A stretch of 39,806 bases of DNA from an uncultured Blautia sp. Lineage in GTDB: Bacteria; Bacillota; Clostridia; Lachnospirales; Lachnospiraceae. A program made the position numbers and the translations under genes. The DNA lies in contig CAMBYR010000001.1 of the NCBI GenBank assembly GCA_945872375.1, positions 1 to 39,806 of the forward strand, written 5' to 3'. Positions 38,552-39,806 of the stretch are shown here, piece by piece. The notes beneath the pieces are model-generated. The model was not told the origin of the DNA, ran no database searches, and was given only the letters and a program-made list of their open reading frames with translations. The first letter of the stretch is position 1. Each line of letters opens with the position of its first letter.

Positions 38552-39570
38552 AAAAAGAACGAATCTATTATCTTGATCTGATCAAGATTATTGCGGTGAT
38601 CTGTGTATTTACCTGCCATTTCACCAGAAGCCTGGAGCTGAATCAGGTGGGCTTTGATATCAAGATCCTGCCGGATACCCTGTTTCAGGTATACCTTGGT
38701 TCCTTTGGAGTGAGTTTGTTTTTTATCATCTCCGGGGCAGCACTGATGTATGTTTATGAAGAAAAGCTTGCCCTCGGATCCTTTTATAAAAAGAGGCTGA
38801 TGGGAATTTATCCCATGTTCTGGATGGCATTTCTCATTGCCTTTGGAATCAGCCTGTTCCGTGAGAAAATGATTCCTCCGGGAGTACCTCAGTGGAAGAT
38901 TATCTACAGCATTCTGGGAATCGATGGAAATGCTCTCTGGTGGGGGCCAAATTACTATCAGCTTGGAGAATGGTTCCTGGGCGTGATTACCTGCCTCTAC
39001 CTGATTTTTCCGCTGCTTCGTGCAGCAATGAAAAAATCACCGGCGTTCACAGGAATTGCTGTGGCAGTGATCTATGTGCTGTGCCTTCTTTTCTATAACG
39101 AAGAGCCCATGCCGATGTCCTGCTTTGTTCCTGCCCGAATACCGGAACTGTATTTCGGAATGGTTTATATCAGATATATCCGGAAAACCAGGACCTGGCA
39201 GATGGTGCTCGGACTGGTGATCCTGGGGGCGGCAGAACTCCTTTCTCTGGGGACATATGGTGCAACACCGGCGACAACCTTTGTGGGGATCGGATCCTTT
39301 TTTATCTTTTCCTGGATCTTCCAGCATGTTCCCACAACGGAGCTGATGAAACGGCTGGCAGGCTTCTGCGGAAAGTACTGCTATGCGTTTTTTCTGACAC
39401 ACCATTATCTGCTGAGATGGCTGACATCACGGTTTAACGGCTGCATTCTCCGGAAAGCGGAGGTGATCATGCTGTATGCGAGCTGCCTTGCGGTGGTTCT
39501 GCTGGCATCCTGGCTTCTGTATCGTTTCCATGGAAGTGTGATGTCATTTTTGAAAACAGAGAAGGCATAA
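38548..39570 (+). CDS. Acyltransferase-3 (OafA/OatA-like) membrane O-acyltransferase
   Basis: RIYYLDLIKIIA...CH, GVSLFFIISG, FYKKRLMGIYP, WFL; about 10 TMs; no SGNH domain. Confidence 0.88.
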   Translation: MKKERIYYLDLIKIIAVICVFTCHFTRSLELNQVGFDIKILPDTLFQVYLGSFGVSLFFIISGAALMYVYEEKLALGSFYKKRLMGIYPMFWMAFLIAFGISLFREKMIPPGVPQWKIIYSILGIDGNALWWGPNYYQLGEWFLGVITCLYLIFPLLRAAMKKSPAFTGIAVAVIYVLCLLFYNEEPMPMSCFVPARIPELYFGMVYIRYIRKTRTWQMVLGLVILGAAELLSLGTYGATPATTFVGIGSFFIFSWIFQHVPTTELMKRLAGFCGKYCYAFFLTHHYLLRWLTSRFNGCILRKAEVIMLYASCLAVVLLASWLLYRFHGSVMSFLKTEKA

Positions 39571-39588
39571 GAAAGGAGAAGCAAATCT

Positions 39589-39806
39589 GTGCTTGATGAA
39601 ATATTTGAAGTGACCAGGGAACGTTTCAGCCTGGCAGATGAAAATTGTTATCTTCTTCAGGGATTTTTTCCAAGGGGGTACGAGGCACAGGCATTTCTGG
39701 ATTCCGCGCAGCTGGAAACGGCCATGGAGCCATGGGAAAGCGGCAGTGTTATGGAGCGTTTCCGGGATGCCAATACAAAGAGCGGAGAGCGTGTGACGGT
39801 TTCCGT
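39589..39806 (+). CDS. 3'-truncated CDS, possibly the N-terminus of a further glycosyltransferase
   Basis: RBS AAAGGAG, GTG at 39589, frame open to the window end (MLDEIFEVTRERFSLADENCYLLQG...). The product is guessed from context only. Confidence 0.55.
   Translation, partial: MLDEIFEVTRERFSLADENCYLLQGFFPRGYEAQAFLDSAQLETAMEPWESGSVMERFRDANTKSGERVTVS

Noticed and set aside
1-39806. Frequent TCCGGA/CCGG words
   Set aside because: Spread through coding sequence and explainable by codon pairs such as CCG-GAA and TCC-GGA; not counted, and no local structure.

Overview
A 39.8 kb chromosomal window from a Firmicute. Gene content and style suggest Lachnospiraceae, probably Blautia-like (inference). 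All credible genes are on the + strand, and no RNA gene, CRISPR array, integrase or transposase is recognisable. Positions 1-14.3 kb are housekeeping: lepA (partial), a small lipoprotein, hemW, uvrA, an mreB paralog, recD2, comFC, two membrane proteins, cdaA-cdaR and HPr. Positions 14.3-19.3 kb hold an L,D-transpeptidase and a GH25 muramidase with wall-binding repeats. They are separated by a highly structured ~310-nt leader containing an exact 78-bp duplication and a REP-like palindrome family that also flanks the GH25 gene in inverted orientation. Positions 19.3-39.8 kb are an ABC-transporter-dependent cell-wall polysaccharide locus with several unusual parts: (i) a Tll-like reductase in place of RmlD, suggesting 6-deoxy-L-talose; (ii) a side-chain module of WecE, two ATP-grasp ligases (one fused to a D-cysteine-desulfhydrase-like PLP domain), an ArnC-like GT2 and an ArnEF-like flippase pair; (iii) Wzm fused to an extracytoplasmic domain; (iv) two reciprocally degenerate RgpF paralogs; (v) a split WbdD-like methyltransferase/kinase/coiled-coil capping pair with Wzt_C. 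Family calls rest on motif recognition from memory, and no searches were run.
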